Shown: positions 1-9,388 of the stretch, piece by piece
Position numbering within the stretch: the stretch's first letter is position 1
Layout: each line of letters begins with the position of its first letter
Origin: an uncultured Deferribacteraceae bacterium
GTDB taxonomy: Bacteria; Chrysiogenota; Deferribacteres; Deferribacterales; Mucispirillaceae
NCBI GenBank assembly: GCA_947041165.1
Contig: CAMRCY010000003.1
Location: 24,257 to 88,256, forward strand
Reading direction: 5' to 3'
Length of the DNA: 64,000 nucleotides
The notes under the pieces: generated by a model
Told to the model about the DNA's origin: nothing
Databases searched by the model: none
Seen by the model: only the letters and a program-made list of their open reading frames with translations
Position numbers and translations under genes: made by a program

Positions 1-431
1 TCAACATTAGCTTTACGAGCTATTAAAAATGCACCTTTTTTAAATGGAAGCAATACACGTCCAACACTTCTTGTGCCTTCTGGAAAAATAGCTACATCAA
101 TTCCAGAGTGTAGAACTTCAACCGTTCTATTAATACTCTTTATAGCTTTTCTTGCATTACCTCTTTCAACAGGAATACAACTTAATCCTTTCATAGCTGA
201 ACCCATAAAAGGCATATAGAAAACCTCTTTCTTTGACATAAAACTTACTCTACGTTTAAACGCTGTGAAAGACATTAATATCATTAATATATCTGTATAA
301 CTTTGGTGATTAGGCATAACTAAATATGTTTTATTCGGATCAAGATGTTCCCCTCCAGACCATTTAAGAGTTGAGCTATGTATCCACAACATAATCTTTC
401 CTCTTGGAACTAATGGTGTTCGGTAACACAT
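1..431 (-). CDS. plsC: 1-acyl-sn-glycerol-3-phosphate acyltransferase (PlsC), 5' part; 3' end runs off window start
   Basis: Reverse-strand translation starts MCYRTPLVPRGK..., contains NHQSYTDI (HX4D acyltransferase motif) and FPEGTRS...LPFKKGAF motifs; ATG at 431..429. Confidence 0.8.
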   Translation of the reverse strand, partial: MCYRTPLVPRGKIMLWIHSSTLKWSGGEHLDPNKTYLVMPNHQSYTDILMILMSFTAFKRRVSFMSKKEVFYMPFMGSAMKGLSCIPVERGNARKAIKSINRTVEVLHSGIDVAIFPEGTRSVGRVLLPFKKGAFLIARKANV

Positions 432-692
432 ATCTTTGCTAGCTTTATCTTTTTTGAAAAAAGCTAATATCGTTCTCTCAAGAGAGTATTCTAAAACACC
501 TATCACGGTTATAACAAATATTATAAAACCTTTAATCTTCTTCATTAAATCAACCTACTTTACTTTTTATTACTTTCTAGTTGTTGTAGTATTTTTGATA
601 TCTTTTACTCTTATTTCTACTATTACAATTAATGCTACTATATTATATCTATTCTATAACCGTAGCTATCTTTATTTATAGGTATCTAAAAA

Positions 693-2060
693 TCAATCTG
701 GTAGTTTCTTAACCTTGCTTGCAATTTCAGAAAATATATCGTTATAAACAGGTCTAATACCTGTGAATTGAGAGATACTATCAACTCTAACTTTGTTCTG
801 AAAAAACATATTAAATGCAGACAAAATCTCTCTCACACCTGTTCCTAGAACATATACTCCAAGAAAAGAGTTGTCTGCTTTATTATATACAACTTTTATA
901 GTCGTATATGTGTCCTCTGTAAGAAGATGGTTGTAAAAAGATGTATGATTAACCTTAATAACATCATAATCATATCCAGTTTTATGAGCCTGCTCTTCAG
1001 ATAAACCGATGAAACCTAACTCGGGATCAGTTGATAGATATGTAGTATATCCGAATTCATCTGCTAAAATATCTTTACCTAACATATTATGTGCAGCCGT
1101 TTCTCCAGAATTAACAGCCCAACCAAGTCGCATACCAACAGCTGTAACATCTCCTGCTACATAAATATCTTTATTATCTGTTGTAAAATTAGTATCAAAA
1201 ATCACGTTGCCGTCATCATTAATATTAACGCCTGCTGCTGAAAGATTTAATGGTGATATAAAAGGTTTTCTACCTATTGATAGAAAGACTTGCTCTGACT
1301 CTATCTGCATATCGTTAAATAAAATTAGATATTTTTGTCCAACTTTATCGATACTTACCACCTCTCTATTATGAACTATATTAATGCCTTTCTTCTTTAA
1401 TATATCTTCATATTTTTTTGCAGCTTTTGAGTCTACAAATGAAAGTATGGTATCACTTTTTTCAACAATATTAACTTTAGTTCCAAGACGACTAAAAACA
1501 CATGCAAGCTCAACACCAATAAGTCCACCACCTATAATTGATATTGAAGAAGGTATAGTTTCTAATTTTGATACAGAATTGATGCCAGTTAATTTTAGAT
1601 TTGACAGTAGTTTTTGTTGATCTGAACCAACAGCGATTAATGCTTTTTCAAAAACAATTATATCAACTTCACCGTCTTCTTTAGTTAACTCTGCTTTATG
1701 AGGTTCTAAAAACTTTATCGTGCCTGAGATATATTTGATTTCATATTTCTCGAACTTCTCAAGAATTAAACGTTTTGATTTATTAACATTATTATCAATA
1801 TATTTTTTTAATCTTTTGAAATCTAGCTTCGCTGGAGATGTTTTACCGTTATCGATAAAATTATTATGGACTTGAAGATATCTAGTATACATTTGTGAAA
1901 AATAGAGTAGTGAATTGGATACAACTACGCCATCATTACAATATGCCCCACCTAACTGCTTTGAGACTACTAAAATGTCATTACTTTCTTTTGCTAAAGT
2001 TGTGGATGCAGCAATCCCTGCTGGACCCGCACCCACAACTAAATATTTTACCTTAATCAT
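693..2060 (-). CDS. FAD-dependent pyridine nucleotide-disulfide oxidoreductase (Lpd/transhydrogenase-like), only one Cys of the usual CxxxxC pair
   Basis: 455 aa; N-terminal GAGPAG FAD-binding Rossmann motif, second GGGLIGVE NAD motif, C-terminal dimerisation-type region; GGAYCNDG instead of GGTCxxxGC. Confidence 0.7.
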   Translation of the reverse strand: MIKVKYLVVGAGPAGIAASTTLAKESNDILVVSKQLGGAYCNDGVVVSNSLLYFSQMYTRYLQVHNNFIDNGKTSPAKLDFKRLKKYIDNNVNKSKRLILEKFEKYEIKYISGTIKFLEPHKAELTKEDGEVDIIVFEKALIAVGSDQQKLLSNLKLTGINSVSKLETIPSSISIIGGGLIGVELACVFSRLGTKVNIVEKSDTILSFVDSKAAKKYEDILKKKGINIVHNREVVSIDKVGQKYLILFNDMQIESEQVFLSIGRKPFISPLNLSAAGVNINDDGNVIFDTNFTTDNKDIYVAGDVTAVGMRLGWAVNSGETAAHNMLGKDILADEFGYTTYLSTDPELGFIGLSEEQAHKTGYDYDVIKVNHTSFYNHLLTEDTYTTIKVVYNKADNSFLGVYVLGTGVREILSAFNMFFQNKVRVDSISQFTGIRPVYNDIFSEIASKVKKLPD

Positions 2061-2093
2061 TGATGATCTAGTGTTAACTTCCTAATCTTATTA

Positions 2094-3362
2094 TTAAGTT
2101 CCTACTTCCCATGATGCTAAATATGTTTCTTGCTCAGGAGTTAGTTTATCAATGTTTACACCCATTGTTTTAAGCTTCGTAAGAGCTATATCTTGCTCAA
2201 CACTTGCTGGTAGAACGTAAACTTTTTTCTCTAACTTACCTTTGTTTTCAACTACAAATTCTGATGATAATGCTTGTGTAGCAAATGACATATCCATAAC
2301 TGATGCAGGGTGCCCTTCAGCACATGCAAGGTTGACTAATCTTCCTTGTCCTAACACATAAATAGATTTACCATCAACTATATACTCATCAACATTATTA
2401 TTATTTCGAACATCTTTGATAACTTCACTAGAAAGTTTAGTTAATCCTACTAGGTCTATTTCTATATCAAAATGTCCTGAATTTGCAACAATACATCCAG
2501 TTTTCATAACTTTGAAATGCTCTGATCTAACAATGTGCATGTTACCTGTTACTGTACAAATGATATCTGCAAATTTTGCAGCTTCACTCATCGGCATAAC
2601 TCTATAACCATCCATTGATGCCGCTAACGCTTTAACTGAATCAACTTCAGTAACAATAACATTAGCTCCTAAACCTCTTGCTCTTTCAGCAAGACCTTTA
2701 CCACACCAACCGTAACCTGCAACTACAAATGTTTTACCTGCAATTAATGTATCAGTAGCACGAATGATGCCATCTATTGATGATTGACCTGTTCCATATC
2801 TATTATCAAACATGTTTTTAGTTTGAATATCGTTAACTGCAACAACTGGGAATTTTAACATTCCTGCCTCTTGCATAGCTCTAAGCCTGATAACACCTGT
2901 AGTTGTTTCTTCCATTGATCCGATTATATGATCATGAAGTTCTGGGTGATTTTTTAAGATTTCAGATACTAAATCAGCACCGTCATCCATAGTAACATGA
3001 GGTTTGTGTGCTATTGCACTACTTATATGTTTGTAATAAGTATCGTTATCTTCGCCTCTTATAGCGTGAACAGATATACCGAAATCTCTAACTAAAGAAG
3101 CTGCTACATCATCTTGTGTTGATAATGGATTTGAAGCAACTAAAAGAATATCTGCACCACCTGTAGCACATGTACGCATTAAGTTTGCAGTCTCTGCTGT
3201 AACGTGAAGACAACAAGACATACGCATGCCTTTAAATGGTTTACTCTTCTCAAACTTAGCTCTAATTTCTGCTAAAACTGGCATACTTTTGTCTGCCCAT
3301 AAAATACGTTTTTTTCCTACATCTGCAAGATTGATATCTTTTATATCGTGATTGTTTGACAT
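2094..3362 (-). CDS. ahcY: adenosylhomocysteinase (SAH hydrolase)
   Basis: 422 aa; N-terminal KDINLADVGKKRILWADKSMPVL, central NAD-binding GYGWCGKG motif, typical length. Confidence 0.9.
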   Translation of the reverse strand: MSNNHDIKDINLADVGKKRILWADKSMPVLAEIRAKFEKSKPFKGMRMSCCLHVTAETANLMRTCATGGADILLVASNPLSTQDDVAASLVRDFGISVHAIRGEDNDTYYKHISSAIAHKPHVTMDDGADLVSEILKNHPELHDHIIGSMEETTTGVIRLRAMQEAGMLKFPVVAVNDIQTKNMFDNRYGTGQSSIDGIIRATDTLIAGKTFVVAGYGWCGKGLAERARGLGANVIVTEVDSVKALAASMDGYRVMPMSEAAKFADIICTVTGNMHIVRSEHFKVMKTGCIVANSGHFDIEIDLVGLTKLSSEVIKDVRNNNNVDEYIVDGKSIYVLGQGRLVNLACAEGHPASVMDMSFATQALSSEFVVENKGKLEKKVYVLPASVEQDIALTKLKTMGVNIDKLTPEQETYLASWEVGT

Positions 3363-3489
3363 TTACATTCCCTCTATGAAATTATTATATGAAATCTATC
3401 ACTACTAAATAAAAATAGATAATATAAATGTTGCTTAACAAATCTATTATCTATTTCTTATAGTTAGCTTTTATAACTTAACTTACTTA

Positions 3490-4635
3490 TTAATTCGTTT
3501 TTATCAATGATTTAATATCATCAACTTTATTTCTTTTTTCCCAATTAAAAATCTCTCTACCAAAATGCCCGTATGCAGCAGTTTGTCTAAAAATTGGTTT
3601 TCTTAAATCAAGCGACTCAATCAATCCTTTAGGTGTTAGATCAAACACTTTGCTGATTATTTTTGATATCTCATCATCAGATATAATACCTGTGTTAAAT
3701 GTATCAACACTAATTGATACAGGTTGAGCAACACCGATCGCATAAGCTAATTGGATTTCACAACGCTTTGCAAGCCCTGCGGCTACTATATTCTTAGCAA
3801 CCCATCTTGCACCATACGCAGCTGATCTATCAACTTTAGTCGCATCTTTACCAGAGAACGCTCCGCCACCATGACGTCCCATTCCACCGTAAGTATCAAC
3901 TATAATTTTTCTACCAGTTAATCCACAATCACCCATAGGGCCTCCAACAACAAATCTACCAGTTGGATTGATATGAAGTGTGATTGCATCTTTATCGTAT
4001 AGATCGCTCGGTAAAGTCGGCTCTATAACATATTTTTTTATATCTGCATGAATTTTTTCAAGTGTAATATCTGGTGCGTGTTGAGTTGAAACAACAACTG
4101 TATCAATACGAACAGGTTTATATCCATCATACTCTATAGTTACTTGAGATTTTCCATCAGGTCTAAGATAATCTAGTACACCTGTTTTTCTCACTTCGCT
4201 TAATTTCATAGAAAGTTTATGTGCAAGCATAATCGGTAACGGCATTAATTCTTCAGTTTCATCACATGCAAAACCAAACATTAAACCTTGATCGCCTGCA
4301 CCACCAGTATCAACTCCCATCGCTATATCTGGAGATTGTTGATTGATCGTTGAGATCACTCCACAAGTTAAATAATCAAATCCGTATTTAGCTCTAGTGT
4401 ATCCTATATCTTCAATTGTTTTTCTAACAACTCCTGGGATATCTACATATGTTTTTGTAGTTATTTCACCCGATACTACAACTAATCCAGTAGTAAGAAG
4501 TGTTTCACAAGCAACCCTGCTTGTTGGGTCATCAGTTAGCATTGCATCAAGAATACTATCTGATATTTGGTCAGCTATTTTATCAGGGTGTCCTTCTGTT
4601 ACAGACTCTGATGTAAAAAGGTATTTCTTATTCAT
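3490..4635 (-). CDS. metK: S-adenosylmethionine synthetase (methionine adenosyltransferase)
   Basis: Contains [20 protein letters not shown] and GGGAFSGKD motifs; start moved to internal [12 protein letters not shown] (ATG 4635) because the ORF-track N-terminal 31 aa ([10 protein letters not shown]...) are not MetK-like. Confidence 0.9.
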   Translation of the reverse strand: MNKKYLFTSESVTEGHPDKIADQISDSILDAMLTDDPTSRVACETLLTTGLVVVSGEITTKTYVDIPGVVRKTIEDIGYTRAKYGFDYLTCGVISTINQQSPDIAMGVDTGGAGDQGLMFGFACDETEELMPLPIMLAHKLSMKLSEVRKTGVLDYLRPDGKSQVTIEYDGYKPVRIDTVVVSTQHAPDITLEKIHADIKKYVIEPTLPSDLYDKDAITLHINPTGRFVVGGPMGDCGLTGRKIIVDTYGGMGRHGGGAFSGKDATKVDRSAAYGARWVAKNIVAAGLAKRCEIQLAYAIGVAQPVSISVDTFNTGIISDDEISKIISKVFDLTPKGLIESLDLRKPIFRQTAAYGHFGREIFNWEKRNKVDDIKSLIKTN

Positions 4636-4687
4636 AATGTTAAAACTGTCTCCTATATTCGTAACGTTAATGTTGTTATTGATATTT

Positions 4688-4893
4688 AGACATAATATAT
4701 CTAATATTACTATCAATAATTTCAGCAATTTTTATATTTATGTATTACTATCAATATGTACTACATAGATATCTCATACCTAAATATTTATATTAACAGT
4801 TTGGTTAATTTTGTACTTATATATTACTATCAATATATACTACTTAGACATAATACATCTAATATTACTATCAATAATTTCAGCAATTTTTAT
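4688..4893. repeat. two ~45-50 bp direct repeats (cataata[t/c]atctaatattactatcaataatttcagcaatttttata) ~155 bp apart, upstream of metK
   Basis: Copies at 4688-4737 and 4843-4893, read directly; shorter sub-repeat 'tattactatcaatat[g/a]tactac' also duplicated. Confidence 0.8.
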
Positions 4894-4895
4894 AC

Positions 4896-5135
4896 TTACG
4901 AATTACTATTAGTTGTTAGCGTTTTTTTATATTTTATTATTATCTGATCCATTAGATCTTTATTTTTCAATTTCGTTATCTTAATCTGTTTAATGTTAGC
5001 TTCTACTTCTGGAGGAACAATTTTAAGGCTATACAATGCCTCTAAATCCTGCTCAAGTTTAATGTGTTCATTAAAATACTTATTAAACTCTGCATCACTT
5101 TCTCGTAACTCTGAGATAATCATATCTTCGCTCAT
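4896..5135 (-). CDS. DUF465 (YdcH-like) family small protein
   Basis: 79 aa; pattern ISELRESDAEFNKYFNEHIKLEQDL...IKQIKITKLKNKDLMDQI parallels E. coli YdcH (ISRLKNENPRF..FDKHNKLDHEI...KKQKLQLKDEML). Confidence 0.55.
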   Translation of the reverse strand: MSEDMIISELRESDAEFNKYFNEHIKLEQDLEALYSLKIVPPEVEANIKQIKITKLKNKDLMDQIIIKYKKTLTTNSNS

Positions 5136-5233
5136 GTTTATAATTCCCCCTTTAACGTATAATAAATCAGTACAATAAATTTATTACAAAACTGCATAAA
5201 TAAATTATACAATATTTTTATATTATAGGTTAG

Positions 5234-5668
5234 TTAAATTATTGCGTCCCTTGTCATCCTTACCGCATTAAGATTACTACCATAATAATTTTTTATTATT
5301 CCACACTCTTTAAAATCAAAACTTTTATATAAATTTAATGCAACATGATTGCTTACACTAACTTCTAAAAACCAAGTATAGCCTTTATATTCTTTAATAA
5401 TGGTTGTAAAAAATTTCTTACCTAACCCTTTATTTTGATACTCTTTCTCTATGGCAAAGGTTACGAGCTCAACTGTTAAACTAAGTTTCCATATAACCAT
5501 ATAACCGACAGCTTTTCCTTCAAACTCATAGATATAAACAATTGAGTGATCTTTACTAAACTCTTGTAAAAATGAAGAATTGCTCCACCTATTTAACTCA
5601 AATGAGGCATCACAGATCCGTCTTATTATATCTATATCATCTAATGTTGCAACTCTTATCAAAATCAA
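5234..5668 (-). CDS. rimI: GNAT N-acetyltransferase, probably ribosomal-protein-alanine acetyltransferase RimI
   Basis: 144 aa GNAT fold (IEKEYQNKGLGKKFF acetyl-CoA motif); immediately downstream of and overlapping tsaB, the common tsaB-rimI arrangement. Confidence 0.65.
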   Translation of the reverse strand: MILIRVATLDDIDIIRRICDASFELNRWSNSSFLQEFSKDHSIVYIYEFEGKAVGYMVIWKLSLTVELVTFAIEKEYQNKGLGKKFFTTIIKEYKGYTWFLEVSVSNHVALNLYKSFDFKECGIIKNYYGSNLNAVRMTRDAII

Positions 5669-6269
5669 TCTCCGCTTCAGCTTTACGCAAATATAACGGT
5701 AAGCATTCGCCTAGAAAGTGAGAGATGTTTTCACTATAAGCCACCGTTTCGAGATTAATCACATCGCTTTTAAACGAATTAACTGTAATATAATCTCCTA
5801 TTAATTCATCAGATATAGTAATTTCTTCTATATCGGAAAAAATAGTATCTTTAAAATTATAGCTACGAATAGCAAATAATTCCCCTTTCAATCTTGAAAC
5901 AATAGAGAACTCTTCCTCTTTTTGTATAGATATCGCTTTCGCATCAAGAGCGTTTATACCATAAACAGCTTTATTTCCTGCAATAGCTAACCCATATATA
6001 AATGATATCCCAACCCTAATGCCTGTAAAAGACCCTGGACCAGTGATAACATAATATTCGTCAATAGAGGCTACATCAACAGATGTTTGAGTTAACATAA
6101 AATCTAATATCGGCAATATCTTCTCAGATGTCCCTCTCTCAATTCTGATTTTTGTGGAAAAAATAACTGAGCCACAATCAGTAAGGACAATAGATAGATA
6201 GCTCGATGATGTATCTAAAAAAAATCTTTTCATTTGTTCAATTATAATATTTATAATTTCATCTGTCAA
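5637..6269 (-). CDS. tsaB: tRNA threonylcarbamoyladenosine biosynthesis protein TsaB (YeaZ)
   Basis: 210 aa; GPGSFTGIRVGISFIYGLA motif, inactive Kae1/TsaD homologue length. Confidence 0.8.
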   Translation of the reverse strand: MTDEIINIIIEQMKRFFLDTSSSYLSIVLTDCGSVIFSTKIRIERGTSEKILPILDFMLTQTSVDVASIDEYYVITGPGSFTGIRVGISFIYGLAIAGNKAVYGINALDAKAISIQKEEEFSIVSRLKGELFAIRSYNFKDTIFSDIEEITISDELIGDYITVNSFKSDVINLETVAYSENISHFLGECLPLYLRKAEAEIDFDKSCNIR

Positions 6270-6408
6270 TTATATTAACAAATTAAATTATGTCTATTTT
6301 AATATACACAATCCTAAAACTTAATCTCTTAGTTGCAAAATAAACCGAGCAAGTCATTAGATTATATAAATCAAATCACAGCAACTAAAGAACTAACTGA
6401 AACCACAA

Positions 6409-6590
6409 ACATATTACAACTGTGAACTAGTCACCATATTAAACGAGCTAATCGTAATAATAAACATATTACAACTGTGAACTAGTCACTATATTAAACG
6501 AGCTAATCGTAATAATAAACATATTACAACTGTGAACTAGTCACTATATTAAACGAGCTAATCGTAATAATAAACATATTACAACCAATT
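6409..6590. repeat. 55-bp tandem repeat x ~3.3 (acatattacaactgtgaactagtcac[c/t]atattaaacgagctaatcgtaataataa)
   Basis: Unit starts at 6409, 6464, 6519, 6574 (period 55), near-identical copies; intergenic between MBL-hydrolase stop and tsaB start. Confidence 0.9.
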
Positions 6591-6595
6591 AACAT

Positions 6596-7228
6596 CTATC
6601 CATTTACAAAAGGATTATTAATTTTTTCATGTTTTATAGATGTTTTTTGTCCATGTCCTGGATAAACTGTTACGTTCTCATCTAATGTATATAACTTTTC
6701 TTTGATAGATTTGATAATTGACGGATGGTCTGATTGCTCTAAATCTGTTCTACCTATCGATTCATGAAATAATGTATCACCCGATATAAGGATTTTATCG
6801 TCATTCTCACCTATTAGAAACGATACACAACCCATCGTATGACCTGGTGTATGGATTACAGTTATATCTTTACCGTTAAAATCAAACTTATCGCCATCAT
6901 TCAAATATCCATCAACCGTAGGTTCAATATCATATTTCCAACCATACATTTTTGAAATTGCTTTAGCATCTCCTATTAACGGTTCGTCATTCTTATGAAT
7001 GTAAAATTTGCAACCATACTTCTTTTGTACTTCGCCTACGGCTCCGATATGATCGAAATGTCCATGTGTGTTTAAAATTGAATGAACTGTTAAATTGTTC
7101 TTCTCTAAAAATGCATCTATCTTATGAAAGTCGCCACCTGGATCAAATAAAACCGCTTCTTTACCATCATGATAAATATATGTGTTCTCCTTTAATGGAG
7201 TTACTGGAACAAAATCTAATTTAAACAT
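6596..7228 (-). CDS. MBL-fold metallo-hydrolase (hydroxyacylglutathione hydrolase/GloB-like)
   Basis: 210 aa; THGHFDH zinc-binding motif, further His/Asp ligands (HTPGHT, DTLF). Confidence 0.8.
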   Translation of the reverse strand: MFKLDFVPVTPLKENTYIYHDGKEAVLFDPGGDFHKIDAFLEKNNLTVHSILNTHGHFDHIGAVGEVQKKYGCKFYIHKNDEPLIGDAKAISKMYGWKYDIEPTVDGYLNDGDKFDFNGKDITVIHTPGHTMGCVSFLIGENDDKILISGDTLFHESIGRTDLEQSDHPSIIKSIKEKLYTLDENVTVYPGHGQKTSIKHEKINNPFVNG

Positions 7229-7276
7229 AAAATCTCCTTAATTACCTTAATTACCTAATTACTTTATTTCCTTAAT

Positions 7277-8758
7277 TTATCTCAATATTTTTAAAATATT
7301 TACTTTTAACGAATACAGATATCCAAAATAGAATATTATAGAAAATAATATAATAAGTAAAACATTTAATTCAATATATTTTAATATCATTATCAATCCT
7401 ATTAGAAGAATATTTGATGAAATAACCTTTATTAACAACACTTTATACTTACTTATATCAAGTGAATAATCTTTTATAAACACATATAAAAACATTGCAT
7501 TGAAGAACGCTGAAATTGAAGAAGCTAACGCTATTCCTGCATGAGCGAAATAATTCATCAATATAAGGTTTAATATAATATTTAATATAAAACCTATAAA
7601 TGCTGCTTTAACTGGTGTTTTTGTATCCTTTTTAGAGTGAAACACTTTTGTGAATAAATTTATAAATGAGAAAAATATCAATCCAACACTATACATCCGT
7701 AATGCTGATGCTGTATTTATTAAATCTATATCCGTAAAATTGTTACGATAAAATATCAATCTTATTATATCGGTTGATAACATAAAAAGTCCGATCGTTG
7801 CAGGAATAATCGCTATAAACAACGTCAACACTGATTTATCAATTAACGATACCCTCTTCTCAACATCATTATTAATATATGCCTTAGATAATTCAGTTAA
7901 CGATACCGTGCCAACAGCGACGGCTAGCACACCTAACGGAAATTGAAAAATTCTGTTAGAGTAGAATAACCAAGATATAGAACCGACTGCTAAATATGAT
8001 GCAAGCACTCTGCCTATTAAAAAGTTAAGTTGAGATATTGACACACCTGCAATAGATGGCACAATTAATAGATATGTTTGCTTAATCGCTTTATCAATTT
8101 TTGTAAAAAATATCGGTCTATATCCATATATTAATGATATTGAAAATATTAATAACGCTTGTAAAAATCCACCCAGTAAAGTTCCGTATGCTAGGTAATA
8201 AATATTTCCACTATCTTTATATCCTACCCATGCACCTAAAATCATCGCTATGTTGAATAGTGCTGATGAAACATATGGTACAAAATATGAGTTATTAAAA
8301 TTTAAAAAACCAGATAGTAAGCCTGAGAAACTAATTAATAGTAGAAATGGCATAACTATTCTTAATAAGTTTGCACCCTCTACTAAAACATCTTTATTCT
8401 CTAGAAAACCTGGCACAAATATAACTATCACATAGTCTGCAAAAAATATAATTATCAATGTTATTACAGATATTATAAATGTTTGAACAACTATCAGCTG
8501 TGTTAGATAAGCGTTCTGCATTTTTTGTCCACCAATTTTAAACTTCTCAGTTAAAAACGGCATGAACGCAGATGAGATCGCACCTTCAACAAAAAATTGT
8601 CTAAACAAATTTGGGATTGCAAAAGCTACGAAAAATATATCCGTTAATGCTGTCGCTCCAAAATACGCAGCGATACTTACATCTCGTATTAATCCGAATA
8701 TTCTACTTATTAATATACCTATACTTGAAAGTAAAACCTTACCAATATAACTACTCAA
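7277..8758 (-). CDS. murJ: lipid II flippase MurJ (MviN)
   Basis: 493 aa polytopic protein; N-terminal GLIRDVSIAAYFGATALTDIFFVAFAIPNLFRQFF typical of MurJ. Confidence 0.85.
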   Translation of the reverse strand: MSSYIGKVLLSSIGILISRIFGLIRDVSIAAYFGATALTDIFFVAFAIPNLFRQFFVEGAISSAFMPFLTEKFKIGGQKMQNAYLTQLIVVQTFIISVITLIIIFFADYVIVIFVPGFLENKDVLVEGANLLRIVMPFLLLISFSGLLSGFLNFNNSYFVPYVSSALFNIAMILGAWVGYKDSGNIYYLAYGTLLGGFLQALLIFSISLIYGYRPIFFTKIDKAIKQTYLLIVPSIAGVSISQLNFLIGRVLASYLAVGSISWLFYSNRIFQFPLGVLAVAVGTVSLTELSKAYINNDVEKRVSLIDKSVLTLFIAIIPATIGLFMLSTDIIRLIFYRNNFTDIDLINTASALRMYSVGLIFFSFINLFTKVFHSKKDTKTPVKAAFIGFILNIILNLILMNYFAHAGIALASSISAFFNAMFLYVFIKDYSLDISKYKVLLIKVISSNILLIGLIMILKYIELNVLLIILFSIIFYFGYLYSLKVNILKILR

Positions 8759-8914
8759 TTACGAAAACCCCCTAAAGTTCACTACGTGTTTATACATCGT
8801 AAAAATAGCTTTGACAACATATGTTTATTAGGTTAAGGTATAAAAAATCATATAGCAAGACAATAGTTTATTTCTTGAGAATTAGTTGATAGCAACTACA
8901 ATGGAGACATTATA

Positions 8915-9214
8915 ATGATTACTAAATCTGAGCTTATTGAAACAATAGCAGAACGATATCCTGATATGACAAAAAAACAGATAGAATATATAATTAACGC
9001 AGTATTTTTAACGATTAGAGATTCTCTAAAAGAAGGAAATACTGTTGAAATTCGTGGCTTCGGTTCTTTTAAAGTTAGAGAGAAAGAGGCTAAATCTGGA
9101 AGAAATCCTAAAACTGGTACTCGTGTACTTGTTCCTGAGAAAAAAGTACCCGCTTTTAAACCTGGTAAAGAGATTAAAGAAGCGTTACTCGCAATTGAAG
9201 TTAAAGATAAATAA
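8915..9214 (+). CDS. ihfB: HU/IHF family DNA-binding protein, IHF-beta-like
   Basis: 99 aa; MITKSELIE..., EIRGFGSF, GRNPKTG, VPAFKPGKEIKE closely parallel E. coli IhfB motifs. Confidence 0.7.
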   Translation: MITKSELIETIAERYPDMTKKQIEYIINAVFLTIRDSLKEGNTVEIRGFGSFKVREKEAKSGRNPKTGTRVLVPEKKVPAFKPGKEIKEALLAIEVKDK

Positions 9215-9388
9215 GATAGTTTGATTAAATGCTGATATTTAACATAAATTAGATAAATGGTTGAGCTTAAATCGTTATCTATCAATTTTATCAATAAAAG
9301 GTTGTTGAGATATTAACCTTACTTATTGTTGCGTAGTAAAATATTAATAACTCTGAACACATTAAACAAATCATAAACTATTAACATC

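Noticed and set aside
436-681. 81-aa plus-strand ORF
   Set aside because: Low-complexity, no RBS, lies in the plsC/oxidoreductase intergenic region; typical spurious ORF of AT-rich DNA. The same judgement applies to antisense ORFs nested in real genes (e.g. 1384..1620, 2416..2607, 8250..8435, 8896..9294, 12253..12519, 15811..16275, 21890..22504, 33062..33334, 41458..41844, 43839..44076, 53249..53476).
3363-3489. SAM riboswitch upstream of ahcY (and of metK at 4636-4900)
   Set aside because: Looked for SAM-I/SAM-II hallmark elements on the minus strand and found only an RBS-like AGAGGGA; cannot support a riboswitch call by eye.
4636-4728. N-terminal extension of the metK ORF ([31 protein letters not shown])
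   Set aside because: MetK proteins begin directly before the ...SESV.EGHPDK motif; the extension is low-complexity read-through of the AT-rich leader and lacks an RBS.
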